The notes beneath the pieces are model-generated. The model ran no database searches. It had not been told where the DNA came from and worked only from the letters and a program-made list of their open reading frames with translations. DNA of 64,000 nucleotides, taken from Enterobacteria phage vB_EcoM_IME339. The first letter of the stretch is position 1. Every line of letters begins with the position of its first letter. A program made the position numbers and the translations under genes. Shown in pieces: positions 27,704 to 38,629 of this stretch. The stretch is from sequence record MH051915. The stretch is one strand, 5' to 3'.

Positions 27704-27997
27704 ATGGGTAAAACGTATCGTCGTAAAGACTTGAAAGTTTGTGATTATGACTATTTTGGAAAGCGTAAAGCTCCTGATGGTGTAAGTCATAAAGATATGG
27801 TCGAAAACATTTTTCGCTCTGATAAATGGCGTAGAATGAAAGGCATTGATTCAGAAGTTAAAGATGAGCTAAATCGCCAATTACGTGGTGAAGTAAGAAA
27901 GTTGAAAAAATCAGTTTACATTGACGATGATTTTGATTACAATACTTCTCAACGAGTTGCTAAGCGTAAATCAAACGAGTGTTATCGTTATAACTGA
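27704..27997 (+). CDS. basic protein (97 aa)
   Basis: ORF track 27659; ATG 27704 chosen; Lys/Arg-rich. Confidence 0.4.
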   Translation: MGKTYRRKDLKVCDYDYFGKRKAPDGVSHKDMVENIFRSDKWRRMKGIDSEVKDELNRQLRGEVRKLKKSVYIDDDFDYNTSQRVAKRKSNECYRYN

Positions 27998-28004
27998 GGA
28001 AAAT

Positions 28005-28136
28005 ATGAATATCAAACGCATGCTTTTTAAACAAGGATTATACACTTTAAATGTTGCTCCAAAAGGCGATACGACCAAGTGGTCAGTAAATGACTGGATT
28101 AAATTTATTGATGAAAATGGTAACTGGAAAATTTAA
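28005..28136 (+). CDS. hypothetical small protein (43 aa)
   Basis: ATG behind GAGGA SD; below ORF-track cutoff. Confidence 0.3.
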   Translation: MNIKRMLFKQGLYTLNVAPKGDTTKWSVNDWIKFIDENGNWKI

Positions 28137-28337
28137 ATGAATCCTGAATCTAAATTATCGCAACGAATTGCTGAAGCTCGTCGTCAGTTCTTTGAAAATA
28201 TGATAGCCCAAGGTATTGATGACGAAGTTTTTCTAAACTGGTTTTGGAATCACAAATATTCAAAATGCGCAGGAGCAATATTAATATCAGCTGCAATGAT
28301 GTACGAAGGCTGGAAGGGTGCCAAAAAAATTAGCTAA
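28137..28337 (+). CDS. hypothetical protein (66 aa)
   Basis: ORF track; followed by UUCG terminator hairpin (28337-28353). Confidence 0.4.
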   Translation: MNPESKLSQRIAEARRQFFENMIAQGIDDEVFLNWFWNHKYSKCAGAILISAAMMYEGWKGAKKIS

Positions 28338-28388
28338 GGGCTTCGGCCCTTTTGGATAATAAAATTTTAATGTAATTGAGGATAATGT

Positions 28389-28715
28389 ATGACTATTCAA
28401 ATTAAAAACGCCATCAATTCTTATGCATATGATAAAGTAGTTTCTTTGCTAGAAAAAGGTGATATTGTAACTCCTCAAATTTTGGATAAATGGGAAAAAG
28501 AGCTTCATCAGACGATGAAACAGAATGATCAGAAGATTGGGCGCAATACTGTCCGTGAATTGTTGGTTCAATATATCTTGTCAGAATTTGATGTTAAAGC
28601 TTTTGGCGTAGAATCTAAAGCTTATCAAAAGCATGAAATTTCCGATAAAACTATTCGTCGTATGAAAAATCAACGCAAGAAAAAATTTGCTGACCTGAAA
28701 ATTGCTAAGGTATGA
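28389..28715 (+). CDS. hypothetical protein (108 aa)
   Basis: ORF track. Confidence 0.5.
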   Translation: MTIQIKNAINSYAYDKVVSLLEKGDIVTPQILDKWEKELHQTMKQNDQKIGRNTVRELLVQYILSEFDVKAFGVESKAYQKHEISDKTIRRMKNQRKKKFADLKIAKV

Positions 28716-28933
28716 ATATGAACGAAGCTCTTATTAACGATTTGCGTCTTGCCGGATATGAAGTAAATACAAATGGCATTGGTTTAACTCAAATTGAAGG
28801 AAATGGATTCATCCTTGAGTATGAATTTAGCCAATGGTGGTTATACGCTAATTATGGCGAATTGATTGAATACGTTGACCAGTTTGATTCACTAGATGCA
28901 GCTCTTGAAGCGGCTAAGTTGATGAATGTATGA
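28712..28933 (+). CDS. hypothetical protein (73 aa)
   Basis: ORF track; ATGA junction. Confidence 0.45.
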   Translation: MNMNEALINDLRLAGYEVNTNGIGLTQIEGNGFILEYEFSQWWLYANYGELIEYVDQFDSLDAALEAAKLMNV

Positions 28934-29199
28934 AATTAATTAATATTTCTATTACTATTGAAAATTATGGAATTTTCTACGTTGATCAATACATGAAAAT
29001 TTCATTTTTCCCAAATAAGACTGGTGTTGGATATTGGGAAAGCCATGTTTCTGAATTAAATGAAAGTGAATATGCTAGCACACATGAAAAGTTTTTAGAC
29101 TTTTTATATCATGCTGATTTAACTAGTCATTACATAGATATTCATGAATTTAAAAAGATGATGGAAAAAGTGTTCCAAGCATACTGCTTACTTAGATAA
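28930..29199 (+). CDS. hypothetical protein (89 aa)
   Basis: ORF track; ATGA junction. Confidence 0.45.
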   Translation: MKLINISITIENYGIFYVDQYMKISFFPNKTGVGYWESHVSELNESEYASTHEKFLDFLYHADLTSHYIDIHEFKKMMEKVFQAYCLLR

Positions 29200-29212
29200 C
29201 TGATATCCTCTA

Positions 29213-29240
29213 TGCTTTAAGATAGATCTTCAAATATTAT
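29213..29240 (+). promoter_or_regulatory. middle-promoter-like element (MotA box TGCTTTA + -10) upstream of gene 55
   Basis: TGCTTTA at 29213-29219; TATTAT 15 nt downstream; inverted repeat 'agatct...agatct' around -10. Confidence 0.45.
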
Positions 29241-29277
29241 GATATAATAGATCTATGAATTGAGCTAAGAGGTGAAA

Positions 29278-29835
29278 ATGTCAGAAACTAAGCCTAAATA
29301 TAATTACGTAAACAATAAAGAGCTTTTACAAGCTATTATTGATTGGAAAACAGAATTAGCAAATAATAAAGACCCAAATAAAGTAGTTCGTCAGAATGAT
29401 ACTATCGGATTAGCCATTATGCTTATCGCAGAAGGCTTATCTAAACGTTTCAACTTTTCAGGATACACCCAATCCTGGAAACAAGAAATGATTGCAGATG
29501 GTATAGAAGCTTCTATTAAGGGGCTTCATAATTTTGATGAAACGAAATATAAAAACCCACATGCATATATAACTCAAGCTTGTTTTAATGCATTCGTCCA
29601 ACGTATTAAAAAAGAACGTAAGGAAGTTGCAAAGAAATACAGTTACTTCGTTCACAATGTCTATGACAGTCGTGACGACGATATGGTTGCGTTAGTAGAT
29701 GAAACTTTTATTCAAGACATCTACGATAAAATGACGCATTACGAAGAATCAACCTATAGAACACCGGGGGCTGAAAAGAAAAGTGTTGTAGACGATTCTC
29801 CTAGTTTGGATTTTTTATATGAGGCTAACGATTAA
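29278..29835 (+). CDS. 55: late sigma factor gp55
   Basis: 185 aa, [23 protein letters not shown]...; recalled T4 gp55 sequence and length. Confidence 0.95.
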
Positions 29836-30037
29836 CCTCTCCGGATTCTTGGAAGAAATACCTGAAGTTGAAGCTATTCCCTATTTACTTAAAATGTATC
29901 TCAGGGAAGTTTTAGCTCTTGACATTGATATTGATCCAGAAAATCCGTATGATACCGCTTTTAAATCTAATGGTGTAGAATTAAACTATCGGTATCATTT
30001 AACAGATGATGATTTTTATTTTATATTAGAGAAATAA
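29819..30037 (+). CDS. hypothetical protein (72 aa)
   Basis: ORF track; overlaps end of gene 55. Confidence 0.45.
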
Positions 30038-30038
30038 T

Positions 30039-30356
30039 ATGACTGATAAACCCGAAATTAATGATGAAGTGGAAAAGCTTATTTCTTCTATTGAAGAAAA
30101 GAACCGTCTTGAAGCAGAAAGAAAAGCAAATAAGTTATTGTCTAAAAACAAACGCGAACTGAACCGTCTTTATAAGCACGCTCAGATTGCAGCTGAAAAC
30201 AATAATTTTGCTCAATACGAATATGCTATCAAGAAAAGTCGGGATATTCTAAAACAGCCATATAACGATGAACTCATTAGTATTCTTTGGAAGACTACTA
30301 GATCGCAGATTGAGGATATGATTGATGCTTACACGCGTAAAATTCAAGCGTCTTAA
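30039..30356 (+). CDS. hypothetical protein (105 aa)
   Basis: ORF track. Confidence 0.5.
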   Translation: MTDKPEINDEVEKLISSIEEKNRLEAERKANKLLSKNKRELNRLYKHAQIAAENNNFAQYEYAIKKSRDILKQPYNDELISILWKTTRSQIEDMIDAYTRKIQAS

Positions 30357-30528
30357 AATTAATGCAGGATTTACTGAATCTTTGAACGGTCATCTTTGTG
30401 TGAAAATTTCTGAAAAAGAATACCATGATAGTTCAATTAAAGAAGTTAATCCTCCTATTGTAAGAGCAGACCCTAATATGAAAGTGTGGGTTGATTCCTA
30501 TCAAGTCAAAAAATGGTGGCAGCTGTGA
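30322..30528 (+). CDS. hypothetical protein (68 aa)
   Basis: ORF track; overlaps upstream ORF. Confidence 0.4.
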   Translation: MMLTRVKFKRLKINAGFTESLNGHLCVKISEKEYHDSSIKEVNPPIVRADPNMKVWVDSYQVKKWWQL

Positions 30529-30723
30529 AAGATGAACGCCCAGACTTGTGAAATAGATTATAATAAAATTCGTTCCTCTAAAGTAGAAATGATGAGGCGC
30601 TTTAAAGAGTCTCATGATAAAGCTAAAGCAGAAGGAACTATAACACATAAACGTATAAAATTTAGAAGCTCTAATGAGCCTCTGTATGGTGTATTATGCG
30701 GATAGGAGCTTTGGCTCCTATAT

Positions 30724-30747
30724 TGCTTTATAAATTTTTGGTAAAAT
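30724..30747 (+). promoter_or_regulatory. middle-promoter-like element upstream of a-gt
   Basis: TGCTTTA 30724-30730, TAAAAT 11 nt downstream; hairpin 'aggagctttggctcct' just upstream. Confidence 0.45.
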
Positions 30748-30771
30748 AAACCAAAACAATGAGGATATTAA

Positions 30772-31974
30772 ATGAAAGTATGTATTTTTATGGCTCGAGG
30801 TCTTGAAGGTTGCGGTGTAACTAAATTTTCTCTTGAGCAACGTGATTGGTTTATTAAAAATGGTCATGAAGTAACTTTGGTTTATGCTAAAGATAAATCA
30901 TTTACACGTAATTGCGCGCATGATTATAAATCATTTTCAATTCCGGTTTTATTGGCAAAAGAATACGATAAAACACTTAAGCTGGTAAATGATTGTGATA
31001 TTCTAATTATCAATTCAGTTCCTGCTACTTCAGTCGAAGAAGACACTATTAATAACTATAAAAAAATTATTGATAACATTAAACCTTCAGTTCGTGTTGT
31101 AGTTTATCAACATGACCATTCTTCTCTTTCTTTGCGCCGAAATTTGGGATTAGAAGAAACTGTTCGTCGAGCTGATGTTATTTTTAGTCATTCTGATAAT
31201 GGTGATTTTAATAAAGTTCTGATGAAAGAATGGTATCCAGAAACAGTTTCTCTGTTTGATGATATTGAAGAAGCACCGACTGTATACAACTTTCAGCCTC
31301 CTATGGATATTGCGAAGGTTCGATCAACCTACTGGAAAGATGTTTCTGAAATTAACATGAATGTCAACCGTTGGATTGGTCGTACGACTACATGGAAAGG
31401 TTTTTATCAGATGTTTGATTTTCACGAAAAACATCTTAAACCTGCTGGACTAAGTACTATTATGGAAGGTCTGGAACGTTCTCCAGCGTTCATTCCTATT
31501 AAAGAAAAAGGAATTCCATACGAGTATTATCGTCTTCATCAAGTAGACCAAATTAAAATTGCTCCTAATTTGCCAACGCAAATTCTCGACCGTTATGTAA
31601 ATAGCGAAATGCTTGAACGCATGAGTAAATCCGGATTTGGTTATCAGTTGAGTAAGTTGGACAAAAAATATCTACAACGTTCTTTAGAATATACTCATCT
31701 CGAGCTTGGCGCGTGCGGAACAATTCCAGTATTTTGGAAATCTACTGGCGAAAATTTAAAATTCCGTGTTGATAATACTCCGTTAATTTCTCATGATAGT
31801 GGTATCGTTTGGTTTGATGAAAATGACATGGAATCAACATTTGAGCGTATTAAAGAACTGTCATCTGACCGAGCTCTTTATGACTGTGAACGCGAAAAAG
31901 CTTATGAATTTTTGTATCAGCATCAAGATTCAAGCTTCTGCTTTAAAGAACAGTTTGACATTATTACAAAATAA
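30772..31974 (+). CDS. a-gt: DNA alpha-glucosyltransferase
   Basis: 400 aa, MKVCIFMARGLEGCGVTKFSLEQRDWFIKNGHEVTLVYAKDK...; recalled T4 alpha-gt. Confidence 0.9.
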   Translation: MKVCIFMARGLEGCGVTKFSLEQRDWFIKNGHEVTLVYAKDKSFTRNCAHDYKSFSIPVLLAKEYDKTLKLVNDCDILIINSVPATSVEEDTINNYKKIIDNIKPSVRVVVYQHDHSSLSLRRNLGLEETVRRADVIFSHSDNGDFNKVLMKEWYPETVSLFDDIEEAPTVYNFQPPMDIAKVRSTYWKDVSEINMNVNRWIGRTTTWKGFYQMFDFHEKHLKPAGLSTIMEGLERSPAFIPIKEKGIPYEYYRLHQVDQIKIAPNLPTQILDRYVNSEMLERMSKSGFGYQLSKLDKKYLQRSLEYTHLELGACGTIPVFWKSTGENLKFRVDNTPLISHDSGIVWFDENDMESTFERIKELSSDRALYDCEREKAYEFLYQHQDSSFCFKEQFDIITK

Positions 31975-31996
31975 AGGGCTTCGGCCCTTTAGCTTT
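31975..31996 (+). terminator. UUCG-hairpin terminator (agggCTTCGgccct)
   Basis: Directly after a-gt stop; followed by 'ggagtttgatataat' promoter-like segment. Confidence 0.6.
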
Positions 31997-32013
31997 ATAC
32001 GGAGTTTGATATA

Positions 32014-32154
32014 ATGATATTTCTTGGATATGTGATACTTTTTCTCGCATTTTATCTATTCACTAGAGCATGTTGGATTGGGTTCTTTAGCACTCCAGAT
32101 GGATTTATTTCAATAATTTTATTTTGCATTTCAATGACGGTTCTTGATATATGA
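32014..32154 (+). CDS. possible hydrophobic peptide (46 aa)
   Basis: Hand-translated MIFLGYVILFLAFYLF...; ATGA-coupled to gene 47. Confidence 0.3.
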   Translation: MIFLGYVILFLAFYLFTRACWIGFFSTPDGFISIILFCISMTVLDI

Positions 32155-33170
32155 AAATTTTAAATTTAGGTGATTGGCATTTAGGTGTTAAAGCCGATGA
32201 TGAGTGGGTTCAATCCATTCAGTTGGATGGAATTAAACAAGCAATAGAATATTCTAAGAAAAACGGAATTACTACATGGATTCAATACGGCGATATTTTT
32301 GATGTGCGAAAAGCCATCACGCATAAAACTATGGAGTTCGCTCGTGAAATAGTTCAAATGCTTGATGATGCTGGTATTACCCTACATACTGTCGTAGGAA
32401 ACCATGATATGCACTTTAAAAATACTTTAACTCCAAATGCTTCTACCGAGCTTTTGGCTAAATATCCTAATGTTAAAGTATATGATAAGCCTACTACAGT
32501 AGATTTTGACGGATGTTTGATTGATTTAATTCCTTGGATGTGCGAAGAAAATACTGGTGAAATTCTTGAACATATTAAAACTTCATCTGCTTCTTTTTGT
32601 GTTGGTCACTGGGAACTGAATGGATTTTATTTTTATAAAGGAATGAAATCTCACGGTCTTGAACCTGATTTCCTTAAGACTTATAAAGAGGTATGGTCTG
32701 GTCACTTCCATACTATCTCTGAGGCTGCTAACGTCAGATATATTGGGACACCATGGACACTAACTGCAGGTGACGAGAATGACCCTCGCGGGTTCTGGAT
32801 GTTTGATACAGAAACAGAACGAATGGAATTTATTCCAAACAACACTACCTGGCATCGTCGAATTCAATATCCATTTAAGGGAAAAATTGACTATAAAGAT
32901 TTTACAAATCTATCAGTGCGTGTTATAGTAACTGAAGTAGACAAAAATCTAACGAAGTTCGAATCTGAACTAGAAAAAGTTGTGCATTCATTACGAGTTG
33001 TGTCAAAGATTGATAACTCAGTCGAGTCAGATGATAGTGAAGAAGTTGAAGTTCAATCTCTTCAGACGTTGATGGAAGAATACATTAATGCAATTCCAGA
33101 CATCACTGATTCTGACCGCGAAGCACTTATTCAATATGCAAATCAGTTATATGTAGAGGCAACACAATGA
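32151..33170 (+). CDS. 47: recombination endonuclease subunit gp47 (Mre11-like)
   Basis: 339 aa; phosphoesterase motifs (GDWHLG, GNHD); T4 gp47 length. Confidence 0.95.
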   Translation: MKILNLGDWHLGVKADDEWVQSIQLDGIKQAIEYSKKNGITTWIQYGDIFDVRKAITHKTMEFAREIVQMLDDAGITLHTVVGNHDMHFKNTLTPNASTELLAKYPNVKVYDKPTTVDFDGCLIDLIPWMCEENTGEILEHIKTSSASFCVGHWELNGFYFYKGMKSHGLEPDFLKTYKEVWSGHFHTISEAANVRYIGTPWTLTAGDENDPRGFWMFDTETERMEFIPNNTTWHRRIQYPFKGKIDYKDFTNLSVRVIVTEVDKNLTKFESELEKVVHSLRVVSKIDNSVESDDSEEVEVQSLQTLMEEYINAIPDITDSDREALIQYANQLYVEATQ

Positions 33171-33430
33171 CTTTTGATGAATTTAAAAATGTTATGATGA
33201 GTCAGCATTTTGAATGCGAAGTAAAAGATGATATTGGGCATAAAGAAATTATTGAATACTGGTTTGAACCGCTAGAGGTTGAAGATGATTGTATTAAAAA
33301 GGTTACGGTCTGCACTGACTGGGCTGTATCTTTTAACTTCAACATTTTAGATAATGACACACCTAAATCATTACAAGATATGGCTGTATCTTGTATTAAG
33401 GATGCATACTGTGAAGTTTTCGACATTTGA
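33167..33430 (+). CDS. hypothetical protein (87 aa)
   Basis: ORF track; ATGA junction. Confidence 0.5.
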   Translation: MTFDEFKNVMMSQHFECEVKDDIGHKEIIEYWFEPLEVEDDCIKKVTVCTDWAVSFNFNILDNDTPKSLQDMAVSCIKDAYCEVFDI

Positions 33431-33617
33431 CATTAACGATGAATTCGTAGCAAATATTGATTACACCGAAGAAGATTCTAGATATGTTGGAATAATTTAT
33501 ATCACATCAAAAGCAGCGCAAGGTGTTGTTTGCATGGCTGAATTTGATGAATACTTTTTAGATTATGATGATATGATAGAATGGTCTAAAAGATACATTA
33601 AAAGGAATCTTTTGTGA
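33402..33617 (+). CDS. hypothetical protein (about 71 aa)
   Basis: ORF track 33354; start uncertain. Confidence 0.35.
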   Translation: MHTVKFSTFDINDEFVANIDYTEEDSRYVGIIYITSKAAQGVVCMAEFDEYFLDYDDMIEWSKRYIKRNLL

Positions 33618-35296
33618 AGAATTTTAAACTAAACCGAGTTAGGTATCAAAATATAATGTCAGTAGGTGGAAATCCTATTGACATTCAACTAGATAAGGTT
33701 CAAAAAACTCTTATTACCGGGCGAAATGGCGGTGGTAAGTCTACTATGTTAGAAGCCATCACATTTGGGCTTTTTGGCAAGCCATTCCGTGATGTAAAGA
33801 AAGGTCAATTAATAAACAGCACGAATAAGAAAGAACTTTTAGTTGAACTGTGGATGGAATATGATGAGAAAAAGTACTATATCAAAAGAGGACAAAAACC
33901 AAACGTTTTCGAAATCACCGTTAACGGTACACGTCTTAATGAATCTGCCAGCAGTAAAGATTTCCAAGCAGAATTTGAACAGCTTATCGGAATGTCATAT
34001 GCCAGTTTCAAGCAGATTGTTGTACTTGGTACAGCAGGGTATACCCCTTTCATGGGTTTGTCGACCCCTGCACGAAGAAAGCTTGTGGAAGACCTGCTCG
34101 AGGTAGGAACATTAGCTGAAATGGATAAGCTTAATAAAGCACTAATACGTGAATTAAATTCACAAAACCAAGTGCTTGATGTTAAAAAAGATAGTATTAT
34201 CCAGCAAATTAAAATATATAATGATAACGTTGAACGCCAGAAAAAATTAACTGGTGATAACCTTACTCGTCTACAGAATATGTATGATGATTTGGCAAAA
34301 GAAGCTAGAACGTTAAAATCGGAAATAGAAGAAGCTAATGAAAGATTAGTTAATATTGTTTTGGATGAAGACCCGACTGATGCATTTAATAAAATCGGTC
34401 AAGAAGCATTTTTAATTAAATCAAAAATTGACTCGTATAATAAAGTCATTAATATGTATCACGAAGGTGGATTATGTCCAACCTGTTTGTCACAATTAAG
34501 TTCCGGTGATAAAGTTGTTTCTAAAATTAAAGATAAAGTTTCTGAATGCACGCATTCGTTTGAACAGCTTTCAACACATCGTGATAATTTAAAAGTTCTC
34601 GTTGATGAATACCGAGATAATATTAAAACCCAGCAGACGTTGGCGAATGATATTCGCAATAAAAAGCAATCTCTAATCACGACTGTAGATAAAGCTAAAA
34701 AAGTTAAAGCGGCTATAGAAAAAGCATCATCCGAGTTTATTGACCATGCTGATGAAATAGCACTGCTTCAAGAAGAACTTGATAAAATTGTTAAGACAAA
34801 AACTAATTTAGTAATGGAAAAATACCACAGAGGAATTTTGACTGATATGCTCAAAGATTCTGGTATTAAAGGTGCTATTATTAAAAAGTACATTCCATTA
34901 TTTAATAAGCAGATTAACCATTATCTTAAAATAATGGAAGCGGATTATGTGTTTACATTAGATGAAGAATTTAATGAGACAATTAAATCCCGTGGTCGTG
35001 AAGATTTTAGTTATGCTTCATTTAGTGAAGGTGAAAAAGCACGAATTGATATTGCTCTTTTATTTACTTGGCGTGATATTGCTTCTATTGTATCTGGTGT
35101 TAGTATTAGTACATTAATACTCGATGAAGTGTTTGATGGGTCATTTGATGCCGAAGGTATTAAAGGTGTAGCTAATATTATAAATTCAATGAAAAATACT
35201 AATGTTTTTATAATTTCACATAAAGACCATGACCCACAAGAATATGGTCAGCATCTTCAAATGAAGAAAGTTGGTCGATTTACTGTAATGGTTTAA
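33614..35296 (+). CDS. 46: recombination endonuclease subunit gp46 (Rad50/SbcC-like ATPase)
   Basis: 560 aa, GTG start; Walker A GRNGGGKST; central coiled coil with CPTC hook; Walker B LILDEVFD. Confidence 0.95.
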   Translation: MKNFKLNRVRYQNIMSVGGNPIDIQLDKVQKTLITGRNGGGKSTMLEAITFGLFGKPFRDVKKGQLINSTNKKELLVELWMEYDEKKYYIKRGQKPNVFEITVNGTRLNESASSKDFQAEFEQLIGMSYASFKQIVVLGTAGYTPFMGLSTPARRKLVEDLLEVGTLAEMDKLNKALIRELNSQNQVLDVKKDSIIQQIKIYNDNVERQKKLTGDNLTRLQNMYDDLAKEARTLKSEIEEANERLVNIVLDEDPTDAFNKIGQEAFLIKSKIDSYNKVINMYHEGGLCPTCLSQLSSGDKVVSKIKDKVSECTHSFEQLSTHRDNLKVLVDEYRDNIKTQQTLANDIRNKKQSLITTVDKAKKVKAAIEKASSEFIDHADEIALLQEELDKIVKTKTNLVMEKYHRGILTDMLKDSGIKGAIIKKYIPLFNKQINHYLKIMEADYVFTLDEEFNETIKSRGREDFSYASFSEGEKARIDIALLFTWRDIASIVSGVSISTLILDEVFDGSFDAEGIKGVANIINSMKNTNVFIISHKDHDPQEYGQHLQMKKVGRFTVMV

Positions 35297-35310
35297 TTTA
35301 TAAGAGATTA

Positions 35311-35334
35311 TGCTTTAATTTATTAGAGTATAAT
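35311..35334 (+). promoter_or_regulatory. middle-promoter-like element upstream of 45.2/rpbA/45
   Basis: TGCTTTA 35311-35317; TATAAT 35329-35334. Confidence 0.5.
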
Positions 35335-35351
35335 CTCTATGGAGGAAAAAT

Positions 35352-35540
35352 ATGGAATATTCAACTGGACAGCATCTATTAACTATTCCTGAAATAAAAC
35401 GATATATTCTGAGAAATAATTTTTCTAATGAAGAGCATATAGTTACTGAATCTATGCTTAAGAATGCATTTAAAGCAGAATATACGAAAATAATGTCCAA
35501 CAGAAATGAAGCTTGGACTGTTACTGATTATTATGACTAA
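35352..35540 (+). CDS. hypothetical protein (62 aa; 45.2 position)
   Basis: ORF track. Confidence 0.55.
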   Translation: MEYSTGQHLLTIPEIKRYILRNNFSNEEHIVTESMLKNAFKAEYTKIMSNRNEAWTVTDYYD

Positions 35541-35549
35541 AGGTGTATT

Positions 35550-35939
35550 ATGACTAAAATTACTGTGAATTATACTGTTGATGTAAAAGATATTCAGCCA
35601 AAACACGTGCGTTCTGATTCAAATCCACAAAACCAAAATAAAATTCGTCGAGCATGGGTTTTGTCTCTTTCTGATAACGCGATGGAAGTTATTCAGAGCA
35701 AAATTAAATCTGCACCTGCTCGTCATGCGTATTATGAAGCTATCGATCGTGAAGTAAGTAATAAATGGATTGAACTAATGCGCAAACATACGACAGAATC
35801 TCTAAATGCCGGTGCTAAATTTATTATGACTTCATGTGGTGAACGTCTTGAAGATGATTATTGTGGTAATGCAGATGAACGTCTAATTGTTGCTGCTCAA
35901 ATTGTTGCAGAAACAATTGCTGCTGATTTTAATCGTTAA
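35550..35939 (+). CDS. rpbA: RNA polymerase-binding protein RpbA
   Basis: 129 aa ORF between 46 and 45, as T4 rpbA. Confidence 0.75.
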   Translation: MTKITVNYTVDVKDIQPKHVRSDSNPQNQNKIRRAWVLSLSDNAMEVIQSKIKSAPARHAYYEAIDREVSNKWIELMRKHTTESLNAGAKFIMTSCGERLEDDYCGNADERLIVAAQIVAETIAADFNR

Positions 35940-35994
35940 TTGCTTTATTAAATTAGTTATAAAATTAAATCTCATTTGAATTGAAGGAAATTAC

Positions 35995-36681
35995 ATGAAA
36001 CTGTCTAAAGATACTACTGCTCTGCTTAAAAATTTCGCTACTATTAACTCTGGTATTATGCTTAAATCCGGTCAATTTATTATGACTCGCGCGGTTAATG
36101 GTACAACTTATGCAGAAGCAAATATTTCTGACACTATTGATTTTGATGTAGCAATTTACGATTTGAACGGTTTTCTCGGTATTCTGTCTCTAGTTAATGA
36201 CGATGCAGAAATTTCCCAATCAGAAGATGGAAATATTAAAATTGCTGATGCCCGTTCAACAATTTTTTGGCCAGCAGCTGATCCGAGTACAGTAGTTGCT
36301 CCTAATAAACCAATTCCATTCCCGGTAGCATCTGTTGTTACTGAAATTAAAGCTGAAGACCTTCAACAACTGTTGCGTGTATCTCGTGGTCTGCAGATTG
36401 ATACAATTGCTATCACAGTAAAAGAAGGTAAAATCGTAATTAACGGTTTTAATAAAGTAGAAGATTCTGCTTTGACTCGTGTTAAATATTCTTTGACTCT
36501 TGGTGATTATGATGGTGAAAATACATTTAATTTCATTATCAATATGGCAAATATGAAAATGCAACCAGGAAATTATAAACTTCTACTCTGGGCAAAAGGT
36601 AAACAAGGCGCTGCTAAATTTGAAGGTGAACACGCGAATTATGTAGTAGCTCTTGAAGCTGATTCTACCCACGATTTTTAA
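35995..36681 (+). CDS. 45: sliding clamp gp45
   Basis: 228 aa, MKLSKDTTALLKNFATINSGIMLKSG...; T4 gp45. Confidence 0.95.
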   Translation: MKLSKDTTALLKNFATINSGIMLKSGQFIMTRAVNGTTYAEANISDTIDFDVAIYDLNGFLGILSLVNDDAEISQSEDGNIKIADARSTIFWPAADPSTVVAPNKPIPFPVASVVTEIKAEDLQQLLRVSRGLQIDTIAITVKEGKIVINGFNKVEDSALTRVKYSLTLGDYDGENTFNFIINMANMKMQPGNYKLLLWAKGKQGAAKFEGEHANYVVALEADSTHDF

Positions 36682-36684
36682 TAA

Positions 36685-36701
36685 AGGGCTTCGGCCCTTT
36701 A
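36685..36701 (+). terminator. UUCG-hairpin terminator after gene 45
   Basis: 'agggCTTCGgccct' + TTT. Confidence 0.6.
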
Positions 36702-36732
36702 TAATTTACACTAAAACTTGAATGAGGAAATT

Positions 36733-37692
36733 ATGATTACTGTAAATGAAAAAGAACACATTCTTGAACAGAAATATCGTCCATCTACTATCGATGAATG
36801 TATTCTTCCCGCCTTTGATAAAGAAACCTTTAAATCTATTACAAGTAAAGGTAAGATTCCACATATTATTCTTCATTCTCCTTCTCCAGGAACAGGTAAA
36901 ACAACTGTAGCAAAAGCATTGTGTCATGATGTAAATGCTGATATGATGTTTGTGAATGGATCAGATTGTAAAATTGATTTCGTTCGTGGTCCTTTGACTA
37001 ATTTTGCCAGTGCAGCTTCATTTGATGGTCGTCAAAAAGTAATCGTTATTGATGAATTTGACCGTTCAGGGTTAGCAGAGTCTCAGCGACATCTTCGTTC
37101 CTTTATGGAAGCTTATAGTTCAAACTGCAGCATTATTATTACTGCTAACAATATTGATGGTATTATTAAACCGCTTCAGTCACGCTGCCGAGTTATTACG
37201 TTCGGTCAACCGACTGATGAAGATAAAATTGAAATGATGAAGCAGATGATTCGTCGATTGACTGAAATCTGTAAGCATGAAGGAATTGCTATAGCTGATA
37301 TGAAAGTTGTAGCAGCTTTGGTTAAAAAGAATTTTCCTGATTTTCGTAAAACTATTGGTGAGCTCGATAGTTATTCATCTAAAGGTGTTTTGGATGCTGG
37401 TATTTTATCACTGGTTACTAATGATCGTGGTGCTATTGATGATGTTCTTGAATCTCTCAAAAATAAAGATGTTAAACAGCTCAGAGCTTTAGCGCCAAAA
37501 TACGCAGCTGATTATTCGTGGTTCGTAGGTAAACTTGCCGAAGAAATTTATACACGCGTAACTCCGCAAAGTATTATTCGTATGTATGAAATTGTTGGTG
37601 AAAATAACCAGTATCATGGAATTGCGGCTAATACGGAATTACATTTAGCATATCTTTTCATTCAATTAGCATGCGAAATGCAGTGGAAGTGA
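36733..37692 (+). CDS. 44: clamp loader large subunit gp44
   Basis: 319 aa; Walker A SPGTGKTT; ORF track 36718, ATG 36733. Confidence 0.95.
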   Translation: MITVNEKEHILEQKYRPSTIDECILPAFDKETFKSITSKGKIPHIILHSPSPGTGKTTVAKALCHDVNADMMFVNGSDCKIDFVRGPLTNFASAASFDGRQKVIVIDEFDRSGLAESQRHLRSFMEAYSSNCSIIITANNIDGIIKPLQSRCRVITFGQPTDEDKIEMMKQMIRRLTEICKHEGIAIADMKVVAALVKKNFPDFRKTIGELDSYSSKGVLDAGILSLVTNDRGAIDDVLESLKNKDVKQLRALAPKYAADYSWFVGKLAEEIYTRVTPQSIIRMYEIVGENNQYHGIAANTELHLAYLFIQLACEMQWK

Positions 37693-37693
37693 T

Positions 37694-38257
37694 ATGAGCT
37701 TATTTGAAGATGATATTCAATTAAACGAGCATCAAGTTGCTTGGTATTCAAAAGATTGGACAGCTGTCCAATCTGCTGCTGATTCTTTTAAGGAAAAAGC
37801 TGAAAATGAATTTTTTGAAATAATTGGAGCTATTAATAATAAAACTAAATGCTCTATTGCTCAAAAAGATTATTCAAAATACATGGTTGAGAATGCATTA
37901 TCACAATTTCCTGAATGCATGCCAGCTGTATATGCGATGAATTTAATTGGATCAGGTTTAAGCGATGAAGCCCATTTTAATTATCTGATGGCTGCTGTTC
38001 CTCGGGGTAAAAGATATGGTAAATGGGCAAAACTGGTCGAAGATTCTACTGAAGTATTGATTATTAAGTTACTTGCTAAGCGGTATCAAGTTAATACAAA
38101 TGATGCAATTAACTATAAATCAATTCTTACTAAAAATGGAAAACTTCCTTTAGTATTAAAAGAACTAAAAGGTTTAGTCACGGATGATTTTTTGAAAGAA
38201 GTGACTAAGAATGTAAAAGAACAGAAACAACTCAAAAAACTAGCATTGGAATGGTAA
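37694..38257 (+). CDS. 62: clamp loader small subunit gp62
   Basis: 187 aa directly after gene 44. Confidence 0.9.
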   Translation: MSLFEDDIQLNEHQVAWYSKDWTAVQSAADSFKEKAENEFFEIIGAINNKTKCSIAQKDYSKYMVENALSQFPECMPAVYAMNLIGSGLSDEAHFNYLMAAVPRGKRYGKWAKLVEDSTEVLIIKLLAKRYQVNTNDAINYKSILTKNGKLPLVLKELKGLVTDDFLKEVTKNVKEQKQLKKLALEW

Positions 38258-38258
38258 A

Positions 38259-38627
38259 ATGATTGAAATTACTCTTAAAAAACCTGAAGATTTTCTGAAA
38301 GTAAAAGAAACTTTGACTCGTATGGGAATTGCTAATAATAAAGATAAAGTTCTATATCAGTCCTGCCACATTCTTCAGAAAAAAGGACTATACTATATCG
38401 TTCATTTTAAAGAAATGCTTCGTATGGATGGCCGTCAGGTTGAAATGACAGAAGAAGATGAAGTTCGTCGTGATTCGATTGCGTGGCTGTTAGAAGATTG
38501 GGGATTGATTGAAATCGTTCCTGGTCAAAGAACTTTTATGAAAGATTTGACCAATAACTTCCGAGTTATTTCTTTTAAACAAAAACACGAATGGAAACTC
38601 GTTCCTAAATATACGATTGGTAATTAA
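38259..38627 (+). CDS. regA: translational repressor RegA
   Basis: 122 aa, MIEITLKKPEDFLKVKETLTRMGIANNK...; T4 RegA. Confidence 0.95.
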   Translation: MIEITLKKPEDFLKVKETLTRMGIANNKDKVLYQSCHILQKKGLYYIVHFKEMLRMDGRQVEMTEEDEVRRDSIAWLLEDWGLIEIVPGQRTFMKDLTNNFRVISFKQKHEWKLVPKYTIGN

Positions 38628-38629
38628 GC